Source: Myxococcota bacterium (lineage in GTDB: Bacteria > Myxococcota_A > UBA796 > CAJQPC01). From it: 64,000 nt of DNA. The stretch covers positions 2,377 to 66,376 of the forward strand of contig JAZAMN010000018.1 in assembly GCA_036229005.1 (NCBI GenBank), written 5' to 3'. Shown piece after piece: positions 9,428 to 17,291 of this stretch. Every line of letters starts with the position of its first letter. The first letter of the stretch is position 1. Both the position numbers and the translations under genes were made by a program. The notes under the pieces were generated by a model. The model had not been told where the DNA came from, did not search any database, and saw nothing but the letters and a program-made list of their open reading frames with translations.

Positions 9428-10543
9428 CTACTGTGCTGGGTGGCAGTCGAAGCTGTAGAGCGTGCCGACGCCGCCAGCATGGCTGCTCTTGAGGTTGCGG
9501 TGGCTATCGTAGACAAACACGGTGCTGGTCTCCGTCTCGGCGGTCACACTCCACTGGACCAGCTCGAGGAGGTCCCCGGCGGCGTCGAAGGAGAACTCCT
9601 GCATGGACTGATGGTAGCCACCGGTGCCGTCGCTGAAGAGGTGATGCAGGACCGCGGGGAGCCCATCTGGGTCGAACACCACGTTTGTGTCTCGGAACAG
9701 GGTGCCGTCGTCCCACTCCGTGGTGCCGACCAACTGATCACCGATGTAGCGGTTCTCCCACAGAACGTAGGGGGTCTCGTAGCGCAGCAGCCTCTCGTCT
9801 TCCCAGGTGTAGACAGACTCCTGATCGCTGCTGCTGAGCAGCTTCCAGGTCGGTGTGTAGTGTCGGACGTCGTCGATCCAGCGCTCTCCTGTGCAGTACT
9901 CGTCCACGATCTGCGTCGCGCTGTATCGGGTATCGTCCCAGACAGTCAGCCTCTCGTAGCAATCGCTGAGCGTGTTCCCTTTGTACCGCGTCTCGCGGCC
10001 GAATTCGTCGTAGCTGTATTGGGTCGTGATGTTCCACTCGCCGTCTCGGTAGGTGGTCGACTCGCGCTGAGCGCCGCCTACACTCCAGACTGTGACCTGC
10101 TCCCAGGTTCTGTCCACCGTGAACACGCCTCCCAGGGGTCGGCTCTCGGACCGCCATTCTTGGTAGGTCGTTCCGAACTCCCCGTATTGGTACAGGGTCA
10201 CAGTCTGGTGCTGCAGGCCATCTGACTGGAGCAGCTCGCCCGAGAAGGTGAGGCGTCCGGCCGTGTCGTAGTCCTCCTGCTCCACGAGCGCTCCGTCGTC
10301 GGTCCAGCGACTGACTGTACGGATTCCTTCGGCGAGCAAGAGATGGTCGTCGAAGGGGTTGGTGTACAGGATGCCTCCGGCGCCGCGGTCGCCGCCTCGA
10401 TTGGCTGCCTCCACCGTGAACACACCCTCATCCACCCACCCATCGCCGTCGTCGTCCAACCCGTCACAGACCGCCTCTCGGCTCCCTGGAGAGCGCTCGG
10501 TGGTGGAGACGGGGGTGCAGGCGGACAGGAGCAGGAGCAGCAT
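9428..10543 (-). CDS. YD-repeat lipoprotein, array paralog 1 (last in array)
   Basis: 371 aa. MLLLLLSAC lipobox, CDGLDDDGDGWVDEG motif, YD-type repeats (YDTAGRL, YSYDEFGRE), C-terminal YSFDCHPAQ-stop. Confidence 0.8.
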   Translation of the reverse strand: MLLLLLSACTPVSTTERSPGSREAVCDGLDDDGDGWVDEGVFTVEAANRGGDRGAGGILYTNPFDDHLLLAEGIRTVSRWTDDGALVEQEDYDTAGRLTFSGELLQSDGLQHQTVTLYQYGEFGTTYQEWRSESRPLGGVFTVDRTWEQVTVWSVGGAQRESTTYRDGEWNITTQYSYDEFGRETRYKGNTLSDCYERLTVWDDTRYSATQIVDEYCTGERWIDDVRHYTPTWKLLSSSDQESVYTWEDERLLRYETPYVLWENRYIGDQLVGTTEWDDGTLFRDTNVVFDPDGLPAVLHHLFSDGTGGYHQSMQEFSFDAAGDLLELVQWSVTAETETSTVFVYDSHRNLKSSHAGGVGTLYSFDCHPAQ

Positions 10544-10582
10544 GAGGGGGTCTACTGTGGGGGGTGGCAGTCAAAGCTGTAG
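10415..10582. repeat. conserved 5' module plus junction of lipoprotein array, copy A (about 165 nt)
   Basis: Nearly identical by eye (one substitution and one 1-nt indel noticed) to 11551-11717. Covers the tail of the upstream paralog, stop, spacer, ATG, signal peptide and CDGLDDDGDGWVDEG coding region. Confidence 0.85.
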
Positions 10583-11679
10583 TGCGTCGTGACGCCGCCC
10601 GGCACGTAGCTGCTGCTGAGGTTGCGATGGCTCCCGGACATATACACAGTGCGACCCTGGTAGAGATCCTCGGAGTTGGACTGATCCCGGATCTCCGTCA
10701 ACTCGCCCGCCTCGTTGGTGACCAGGTCGCGCATGAGTTCGAGACTGGCATCCCCCGTGTAGTCCTCCCGAAAGACCTGTACCGAAGGGAGACCGTTGGC
10801 GCCGTACTTCAGGGTGGATTCGCGCACAAGCTCGCCTTCGAACAGCCTCTCGGTCCTTGACATCCGGCCTTCAGAGTAGCTGTTCACCAACAGATCCTTG
10901 GCCGATTCGTAGCGGGTCAGGAGGCCGTCCTCCCAGGTGAACACGAAGCTGCCGTCGGAGTCCGTGACAGGCTGCCCGTCCGTATTGTAGAACACAGTGC
11001 CGTGGACGGACCAGTCCTCGCTGCAGTCATCGTCCACGAGCGTGGTGACGCTGAGCGCGTCGTCGTCCCGTTCGTAGCGGTACTGCCTACACTCGCTGGG
11101 GCGCTCCAAGCGGTAGAACACGGTCTTGCCCTGCTCGTCGGTCTCCGTCGTCGCGGTCTGCTGCCAGACGCCGTTGTCGGTGACGATCTCGACCTTCCGG
11201 AGGCCCGCCTGCTCCCACCCGGTCTCCGTGGCTACGAGGCCATCCAGCTCGAACGCACCCCCAGCCTGGGACTGCACCTCGTGCCGGGTCTCCTGGTAGG
11301 TCTCCCCGTAGGGTCCGTATTCGATGGTGGTGAGGCGCTGCCAGGTCTCGGTGGCGTGGCCCTGCTCACTGCCGGTGAACACGATCCGGCCCAGGGTGTC
11401 GTACTCGGTCTCCAGGATGCTGGAGCCGTCGTCGGTCCAAGTGGTCACTCGGCGGATCCCCTCGGAGCGATGCTCCTGGGGGAAGACCACGTAGGAGAGG
11501 AATGCAGAGGTCCCGGCGGCTTGCCTCCCGTCCGGGAACACCAGGTCCATCGTGAACACACCCTCATCCACCCACCCATCGCCGTCGTCGTCCAACCCGT
11601 CACAGACCGCCTCTCGGCTCCCTGGAGAGCGCTCGATGGTGGAGACGGGGGTGCAGGCGGACAGGAGCAGGAGCAGCAT
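10552..11679 (-). CDS. YD-repeat lipoprotein, array paralog 2
   Basis: ORF 10552..11775 trimmed to ATG 11679 (MLLLLLSACTPVSTIERSPGSREAVCDGLDDDGDGWVDEG). YDTLGRIVF repeat; ends YSFDCHPPQ-stop. Confidence 0.8.
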   Translation of the reverse strand: MLLLLLSACTPVSTIERSPGSREAVCDGLDDDGDGWVDEGVFTMDLVFPDGRQAAGTSAFLSYVVFPQEHRSEGIRRVTTWTDDGSSILETEYDTLGRIVFTGSEQGHATETWQRLTTIEYGPYGETYQETRHEVQSQAGGAFELDGLVATETGWEQAGLRKVEIVTDNGVWQQTATTETDEQGKTVFYRLERPSECRQYRYERDDDALSVTTLVDDDCSEDWSVHGTVFYNTDGQPVTDSDGSFVFTWEDGLLTRYESAKDLLVNSYSEGRMSRTERLFEGELVRESTLKYGANGLPSVQVFREDYTGDASLELMRDLVTNEAGELTEIRDQSNSEDLYQGRTVYMSGSHRNLSSSYVPGGVTTHYSFDCHPPQ

Positions 11680-11717
11680 GAGGGGTCTACTGTGGGGGGT
11701 GGCAGTCGAAGCTGTAC
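11551..11717. repeat. conserved 5' module plus junction of lipoprotein array, copy B
   Basis: Direct repeat of 10415-10582, offset 1136 nt. Confidence 0.85.
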
Positions 11718-12826
11718 TCGATCCAACTGTCCCCGAACTGGCGCTCGATCCGCTCGATGTTGTGTTGGGAGTCACTCAGATACTCCGAGCGCCAGGACTC
11801 CGAGTCGTCCAGGTGGGAAGAGACCACCTGAGACAGACCACCCGCGGCGTTGTAGCCGAAGCGGGTAGACTTCTGCGAGCTGCCCTCCGAGGCGGTCCAC
11901 AGCAGGGGGAGGCCCCCTGCGGTGTATTCCATGGACGCCCAAGCGGTCCTCTCGCCCTGTTCGTAGGTGACACTCTGTGTGAGCAGCCCGCCCTGGTGTT
12001 CGTACTCCACCCGGTCGGCGCCGTCCCCCTGAACCACCAGGTCTGTACCCGCCCAGGTCAGGCTGGGGCTGTCGGGGTCGGTCCCGGTGGGCTGCCAGTT
12101 CGTGTCGTAATAGACTGTGCCTTGGTCGGCCCAGGTCCCGCCACAGTCCCGGTCAAAGAGCCGGGTACGGGTGAAGGCGCTGTCGTCCCACTCTGTGCGG
12201 GTCTGGCTGCAACTCCCGTCCCCGGTCTCGGTCACCAGGGTCTGGCGCCCCTGGGCGTCGTACTCGAACACCGCGTCGAAGGGGAGGCCGTGCTGCTCGC
12301 CGTGCACGCCCGCAAGCTGGCCAAGGTCGTTGTACTCCAGGGTCACATCCCACCACAGATCGGTCTGTGTCTGGCCGGTCTCCAGGTCCTCGGACGTGGT
12401 CTCGGAGCGCCACCAGGTTCTGCCGTATGGCCCCCAGGCGGCCTGCTGCAGGGTCTCGGTGCGCTCCTCGTCCCAGTCGCCGTGCCAGTTCAGGTCCCAC
12501 CAATGGATCTCCCGTCCCTGGCTGTCGTAGCGGCGCTCCCACTCCCGGAGCTTGGGCTCCAGGCCCTCGATGGCGGGGTAGGGCCGCTTGGTGCCGTAGA
12601 CCGTGGCCACGCCGGGCTGGATCTGCAGTGCGTCCTGGGGCTCAAAGCGCAGGGTCGGGAAGCTGCGCTCCAGATGGGTGGAGGTGGAGAGCTCAGGCTG
12701 GACGATGAGCACGCCTTCGTCCACCAAGCCGTCGGCGTCATCGTCCAGACCATCACAGCGGGCCTCGCGGGTACCGGAGGACTCTTGGGGTTGTGAGGCG
12801 CAGGCGAACAGAAGGAGCAGGAGCAT
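11687..12826 (-). CDS. YD-repeat lipoprotein, array paralog 3
   Basis: 379 aa. MLLLLLFAC lipobox, CDGLDDDADGLVDEG, RYDSQGREI / FEYDAQGRQ repeats; ends YSFDCHPPQ-stop. Confidence 0.8.
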   Translation of the reverse strand: MLLLLLFACASQPQESSGTREARCDGLDDDADGLVDEGVLIVQPELSTSTHLERSFPTLRFEPQDALQIQPGVATVYGTKRPYPAIEGLEPKLREWERRYDSQGREIHWWDLNWHGDWDEERTETLQQAAWGPYGRTWWRSETTSEDLETGQTQTDLWWDVTLEYNDLGQLAGVHGEQHGLPFDAVFEYDAQGRQTLVTETGDGSCSQTRTEWDDSAFTRTRLFDRDCGGTWADQGTVYYDTNWQPTGTDPDSPSLTWAGTDLVVQGDGADRVEYEHQGGLLTQSVTYEQGERTAWASMEYTAGGLPLLWTASEGSSQKSTRFGYNAAGGLSQVVSSHLDDSESWRSEYLSDSQHNIERIERQFGDSWIEYSFDCHPPQ

Positions 12827-12834
12827 GGTGAGGC

Positions 12835-13872
12835 CTACTGTGGGGGGTGGCAGTCGAAGGTGGTCGTGCTGGTCAGCCCGTCCTCGTCGATGGTCTGGGT
12901 GATGTTCAGGTGAGCGTCGCTGACGTAGCTTCGGAGGTGGGCCTCATCCGTGTCGAGTCGCCATGAGAGCTCGTCCACCAGACCGCCGACGGCGTTGAGG
13001 GTGTAGGTGGTGCGGGTCTCCTCTGTGGTCGTCCAGTATCTGTGTTCAACGAGTCGCCCCTGGTCGTCGTAGTCCGCCCATGCTTCGGCATAGGGCTCGT
13101 GCAGAAAGGTCTGCTCGCTGTGTACCAGGAGCCCCTGCTCGTAGGTGTTCCACTCGCTGTAGTTGGTGTCCGCGTAGCCCAGATACAGGTCCCCATCCCA
13201 CTGGTATACCCCATCGGGCTTGCCAAGGTCATACAGAGGGCGCCCGATCTCGTCGAACTGTACGCCTCCGTTCTCAACCCACTCGCCTGTGCAGCCCTCG
13301 TCCAGCCAGTCGCTGCGGGTGTAGGCGAGGTCATCCCAGTCGTATCTCTTGCTGTGGCAGGTCTCGTTCACCTGCTCGGTCCACCGGGTGTTGCGGCCCA
13401 GCGCATCGTACTCGGCCTCTCCGGTGCCGAGTTCTTCGGACAAGAGCTCGTCTTCTGAGTTCCAGTGTCGCCGCTCCCACTGTATGGTCTGCAGTCCGTA
13501 GTCACCCCAGGATGTCTCGACCTCGAGAACCCAGAGGGTGTCACCTGCGGGGGTCTCGAAGCGCTGCTGGACCAACCGGCCCTGGAGGTCGTAGACAAGC
13601 TCAGAGCTCCCCTCGAACTCACCGTCGCCGCTGACCGTAACCGTGGTGACTGTGTGAACACCGGGGAGCACCGAGCGCGACTCCAGATAGACGGTGTCGA
13701 TCCTCGTGATGGGCCAGCCAGAGAGGCTTGAGTCGAAGGGCCTGGCCTGGACGATCACCGCGCCCTCATCCACCCAGCCGTCGCCGTCGTCGTCCAAGCC
13801 ATCACACACGGACTCGCGCGTGCCCGGGGCGGTGTCATTGAAGGCGCTGCAAGCCAGAAGGAGCAGGAGCAT
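12835..13872 (-). CDS. YD-repeat lipoprotein, array paralog 4
   Basis: ORF 12835..14328 trimmed to ATG 13872 (MLLLLLACSAFNDTAPGTRESVCDGLDDDGDGWVDEG). YDLQGRL, YDALGRN, YDDQGRL repeats; ends TFDCHPPQ-stop. Confidence 0.8.
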   Translation of the reverse strand: MLLLLLACSAFNDTAPGTRESVCDGLDDDGDGWVDEGAVIVQARPFDSSLSGWPITRIDTVYLESRSVLPGVHTVTTVTVSGDGEFEGSSELVYDLQGRLVQQRFETPAGDTLWVLEVETSWGDYGLQTIQWERRHWNSEDELLSEELGTGEAEYDALGRNTRWTEQVNETCHSKRYDWDDLAYTRSDWLDEGCTGEWVENGGVQFDEIGRPLYDLGKPDGVYQWDGDLYLGYADTNYSEWNTYEQGLLVHSEQTFLHEPYAEAWADYDDQGRLVEHRYWTTTEETRTTYTLNAVGGLVDELSWRLDTDEAHLRSYVSDAHLNITQTIDEDGLTSTTTFDCHPPQ

Positions 13873-13880
13873 GGTGAGGC

Positions 13881-15014
13881 CTACTGTGGGGGGTGGCAGT
13901 CGAAGCTGTATTCGTTGCGGGTCTGGTCCCCTTCGCGGACCTCTGAGATGTTGAAGGTGTTGTCGCTCAGGTAGCTGACCTGCGTGGTGCTGTTGTCCTG
14001 TTCGCTCCACTCGGAGGACAGCGTGAGTCCTCCGGAGCTGTTGAACTCGTATTCGGTGAGCGTGGTGTAGCCTTGCGAGTCCTTGGCCTCCAGGTAGTAA
14101 GGGACGCCCTCGTCGTTGTAGGCGGCCCAGTGCTCTCCGGCGTAGTCGGAGAGGAAGGTGGCGATGGTGTGTACGAGCCGGCCGTCTCTGTACTCGAACT
14201 CCAGGGTGTCGTTCGTTGTGAATGCGCCGGAGAGCTTGCTGTCGTCCCACTCCAGAGTCAGGTCGCCGTCCTGTTCGTGCAAGGGGAACCAGAGGGCGTC
14301 GTACTGCACCACCCGGTCCTCCACCCACTGACCTGTGCAGCCCTGGTCCACCCAGTCACTGCGGGTGTAGGCGAGGTCATCCCAGTCGCTCCGCCACTGG
14401 CTACAGAGGGACCCGTTCCGCTCTGTGGTGAGGACCAGGCGCCCCTGGGCGTCGTATTCGTAGTCGGTGTCGACCGTCGTGCCGGAGCTGCTCTCGCTGT
14501 GTTCGGCGACCACCAGGCCGTCGCCGTCGTACTCGGTGTCCAGGGTGGAGACGGTCTCGTCCTGCAGCACCCCTTCCGCAGACCACTGCTGGAAGCCCGA
14601 CTCTTGGTGCTCCGGCCCGTGGGGGCCCCACACAGTCTGTTCGTAGTAGACCATCCGGCCGCCGTCTAGGGCGCTCGGCGAGCGCTCCAACCAGGAGCCG
14701 ATCAAGCGCCCCTGGGGGTCGTAGCGGAACCCGAAGGTAGCCACGTTGGTGTCTGACGAGTCAGGGTCCTGGGATTGGATCGTCACAGTCTGTACCCCGG
14801 GCAGCAGATCGAGGACCACCTGGGGCCCGGGATCCAGCACAGCCTGTGTCGTCAGGCCCTCAAAGTCCTGAACAGACAGCTCGGGGACCGCCAGGACTGC
14901 GCCCTCGTCTACGAAGCCGTCGGCGTCATCGTCCAGGCCATCGCAGACCTGCTCCCGCGAGCCGGGGCTTTGGCCTTCGGTGGGCGTCGAGCAGGCCAAC
15001 AGTAGCCACCACAT
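13881..15014 (-). CDS. YD-repeat lipoprotein, array paralog 5 (first in array)
   Basis: ORF 13881..15062 trimmed to ATG 15014 (MWWLLLACSTPTEGQSPGSREQVCDGLDDDADGFVDEG). YDPQGRL, YEYDAQGRL repeats; ends YSFDCHPPQ-stop. Confidence 0.8.
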   Translation of the reverse strand: MWWLLLACSTPTEGQSPGSREQVCDGLDDDADGFVDEGAVLAVPELSVQDFEGLTTQAVLDPGPQVVLDLLPGVQTVTIQSQDPDSSDTNVATFGFRYDPQGRLIGSWLERSPSALDGGRMVYYEQTVWGPHGPEHQESGFQQWSAEGVLQDETVSTLDTEYDGDGLVVAEHSESSSGTTVDTDYEYDAQGRLVLTTERNGSLCSQWRSDWDDLAYTRSDWVDQGCTGQWVEDRVVQYDALWFPLHEQDGDLTLEWDDSKLSGAFTTNDTLEFEYRDGRLVHTIATFLSDYAGEHWAAYNDEGVPYYLEAKDSQGYTTLTEYEFNSSGGLTLSSEWSEQDNSTTQVSYLSDNTFNISEVREGDQTRNEYSFDCHPPQ

Positions 15015-15077
15015 GCGTCCTCCAAGCTCGCCCCCACCATCGCACGCAGACCACCGGGCCACAAGGGCCCGCCTGAC

Positions 15078-16247
15078 TCAGTCCTTGGCCCTTCGTCCCA
15101 GCCGCCGCTGTTTGCGCTCACTGCTGCGGGCCTCGCGGCGCTCGCTGCGGGTGTCGCGGCGGTCCTGGCGCACATCGCCCCAGGCCTCGAAACGGTCGGC
15201 CAGCTTGGGATCGGCGAGCTCGGCGTCGACCAGGGCGGTGGGGTCCACGATGTCCTGGCCCTCGGGGACCTGGGCGGTGCCCTCTTCGACCAGGTGGTAG
15301 TCCAGGCGCACGGGCTCGCCACGGCGCTCGATGTCGACCCAGAGGACCTTGCGGTTGCGCAGGGCCAGGAAGGCGGTGACGGCCTCGGAGTAGGACTGGA
15401 TCTCCCGGCCGTTGACGGCCTGGATGATGTCGCCGCTGCGGAAGCCGGCCTGATCCAGCAAGGTGCCGCAGCGGATGCGGCCGACCTTGAAGCCGCGGCG
15501 CTCGCCCTGGTCGTCCTTGGCCCACCAGGTGGGGGCCAGGTCCTCGGCCTCCTTGGGGTGGGCGGCGTAGTGGGCGATGACCTGGTCTTCGATGCGGTAG
15601 GCGGTCTCGGAGACGGCGAAGATGTCCGCGCGCTCCGGCTCGCAGTTCTGGTGGGTGACCTTGGGGGCCTTGCGGGGGGCGCGGGTGCGGCGCACATGCT
15701 CGGTGTTGTCGCCGCCCTCGACCCCAGCGGGGCTGCCGGCCACGGTGCTGGAGGGGCCGCGGGCCAAGGCCTCGAGCTGGAGGCCGTTGAGCTCCCCGAG
15801 CGCAGGCTTGTCGGCGCCAGGCGGAGGCTCCAGGTCGTCGTCGGCGGTCGGCGCCAGGGTGTCCTCGCCGATGGGATCGGGCTCCGGGGTGTCCTGGGGC
15901 TCGGGATCCGGGGGGGTGGGGTCGGATTCCGGTGGGCTGGGATCCTCCTCCACCTCCTGAACCGGGTTGTCCTGCTCCAAGGGGTCGGGCTCCAGGGTGA
16001 GCTCGAGGTGCATGGGCTGGTAGACGGCGACGCGCTCGACGGGGGCGCTGATCTCCAGGCCTTCGAGCTCGGGGACGGGGGTGAGCCAGCCAAGCTGCCA
16101 GGGGCCCACGAAGCCAGCGCCGACGATGGCGAGGCTGAGGGCAGCGGCGATGGGGCGGGGCAGGGACACCGGGTCTCCGGGGGGTTGGGCGCCTGTGGGA
16201 CGCGCCTGCACGCTCTGATATTCGGCCGGCCGAGGGCGGGTAAGCAA
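15078..16247 (-). CDS. membrane-anchored PDZ-domain protein, GspC-like
   Basis: N-terminal TM (IAAALSLAIVGAGFV), Pro/Asp/Glu-rich linker, and a C-terminal segment resembling the GspC HR plus PDZ region (FKVGRIRCGTLLDQAGFRSGDIIQAVNGREI). Basic C-terminal tail. No other T2SS genes in the window. Confidence 0.65.
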   Translation of the reverse strand: MLTRPRPAEYQSVQARPTGAQPPGDPVSLPRPIAAALSLAIVGAGFVGPWQLGWLTPVPELEGLEISAPVERVAVYQPMHLELTLEPDPLEQDNPVQEVEEDPSPPESDPTPPDPEPQDTPEPDPIGEDTLAPTADDDLEPPPGADKPALGELNGLQLEALARGPSSTVAGSPAGVEGGDNTEHVRRTRAPRKAPKVTHQNCEPERADIFAVSETAYRIEDQVIAHYAAHPKEAEDLAPTWWAKDDQGERRGFKVGRIRCGTLLDQAGFRSGDIIQAVNGREIQSYSEAVTAFLALRNRKVLWVDIERRGEPVRLDYHLVEEGTAQVPEGQDIVDPTALVDAELADPKLADRFEAWGDVRQDRRDTRSERREARSSERKQRRLGRRAKD

Positions 16248-16274
16248 GGAGATAGAGCACCGAAGGGGGCCGCT

Positions 16275-17234
16275 CTATTCCGGGGGGGTCTCCGGAGCGG
16301 GGCCGCCAGGGGCGCCGGGCGCGGCGGGGGGCGGATCGGCGGGCTGCACAGGCGCGGGCTCGCTGGGGACGCCGGGGGCCTGCTGGGCGGGATCTGCGGG
16401 GGCGGGGGCGGCGGAGACGCGGGACTGGGCGATCTCCAGGGCCTCGGGGAGCGCGGGCTCCAGGAGCATGAGGTAGAGGATGAGCTCGCGGCGCAGGTCG
16501 GCGAACCAGGGGCGGCCGGGCTCGCGGTCCTCGGCCTCGACCCAGAGGCCGGCGAGGTCCCACTGGTCGGCGACGGGGTCGAAGCTGCCGCGGGTGAGGG
16601 TGGCGTAGTCGCCGGGGGTGAAGAGGGTGCCCACCAGCGCGTTGAAGTCGCCGGGGTTCGCGTAGGGGTCCAGGCGGTGACGCAGGAAGATGAGGGCGTC
16701 GGAGAGGTGGGCCTCCTGCTCGATGGTGAGGGAGCGCAGCAGGGGCTGCTCGGCGGCGATGACCTCCTGGACGCCCTGGAGGCGGAGGGCCAGAAGCTCG
16801 CGCTCGAGCTCCTTGTGGGCGCGCTCCTGGGCCATGGGGCCGGCGGCGGCGAGCATGGCGGGGTCGGTGAGGGGGGTGCCGGCGCGGAGCTCGGACTCGA
16901 TGTCGGCGTAGGCCTGGGTCAGGGCGGGCTCGGAGCGGGCGACGGCGGCGGCCATCTCGCGGTCGATGCGGGCCTGCTGGTCGACGGCGACGGCGCGGGC
17001 CTCGGCGATCATCTGGAGCTGGGTGCTATCGAAGCTCATCCAGTCCAGCCAGATCGCGATGCGCACGCGCTGCTGGGCCTGCTGCTGCTCGGGCAGGAAG
17101 CTGTAGTCGTAGAGCATCTGCACCACGGGCGGGTGCGCGGCCTGGGCCATCTGGGCTTCGGCCTGGGCGACGGCGGCGGCGGTGGGCAGGGGCTCGGGCT
17201 CGGTGGCGCAGGCCAGCAGGAGGAAGAGATTCAC
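16275..17234 (-). CDS. lipoprotein, mostly helical, function unknown
   Basis: C-terminal part of ORF 16275..18593, with GTG start at 17234 (VNLFLLLACATEPEP, lipobox LLAC). The rest of the long ORF is antisense to the kinase gene and rejected. Confidence 0.6.
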   Translation of the reverse strand: MNLFLLLACATEPEPLPTAAAVAQAEAQMAQAAHPPVVQMLYDYSFLPEQQQAQQRVRIAIWLDWMSFDSTQLQMIAEARAVAVDQQARIDREMAAAVARSEPALTQAYADIESELRAGTPLTDPAMLAAAGPMAQERAHKELERELLALRLQGVQEVIAAEQPLLRSLTIEQEAHLSDALIFLRHRLDPYANPGDFNALVGTLFTPGDYATLTRGSFDPVADQWDLAGLWVEAEDREPGRPWFADLRRELILYLMLLEPALPEALEIAQSRVSAAPAPADPAQQAPGVPSEPAPVQPADPPPAAPGAPGGPAPETPPE

Positions 17235-17291
17235 GGGGGGCAGGATAGCGCTGCGCCCGCCTGGAGTGCGGGAGGCGGTAGACTGGGGGCG

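Noticed and set aside
9428-15014. Rhs/polymorphic-toxin or diversity-generating retroelement explanation for the lipoprotein array
   Set aside because: The proteins are only about 350-380 aa, with no Rhs core-terminating motif or C-terminal toxin/immunity pair. No reverse transcriptase or template repeat is present.
15294-17291. The roughly 2-kb N-terminal extension of the 1766-aa ORF 15294..20594. Other very long ORFs are similar: 22562..25216 (-), 54861..57638 (-), 3580..5901 (-), 62096..63802 (-), 16275..18593 beyond 17234, and 36016..38769 beyond 37440.
   Set aside because: Their translations are Arg/Gly/Pro/Ala-rich low complexity and antisense or out of frame to genes with clear motifs. 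This is typical stop-codon-poor shadow ORF behaviour in very GC-rich DNA. Only the motif-bearing portions were kept.
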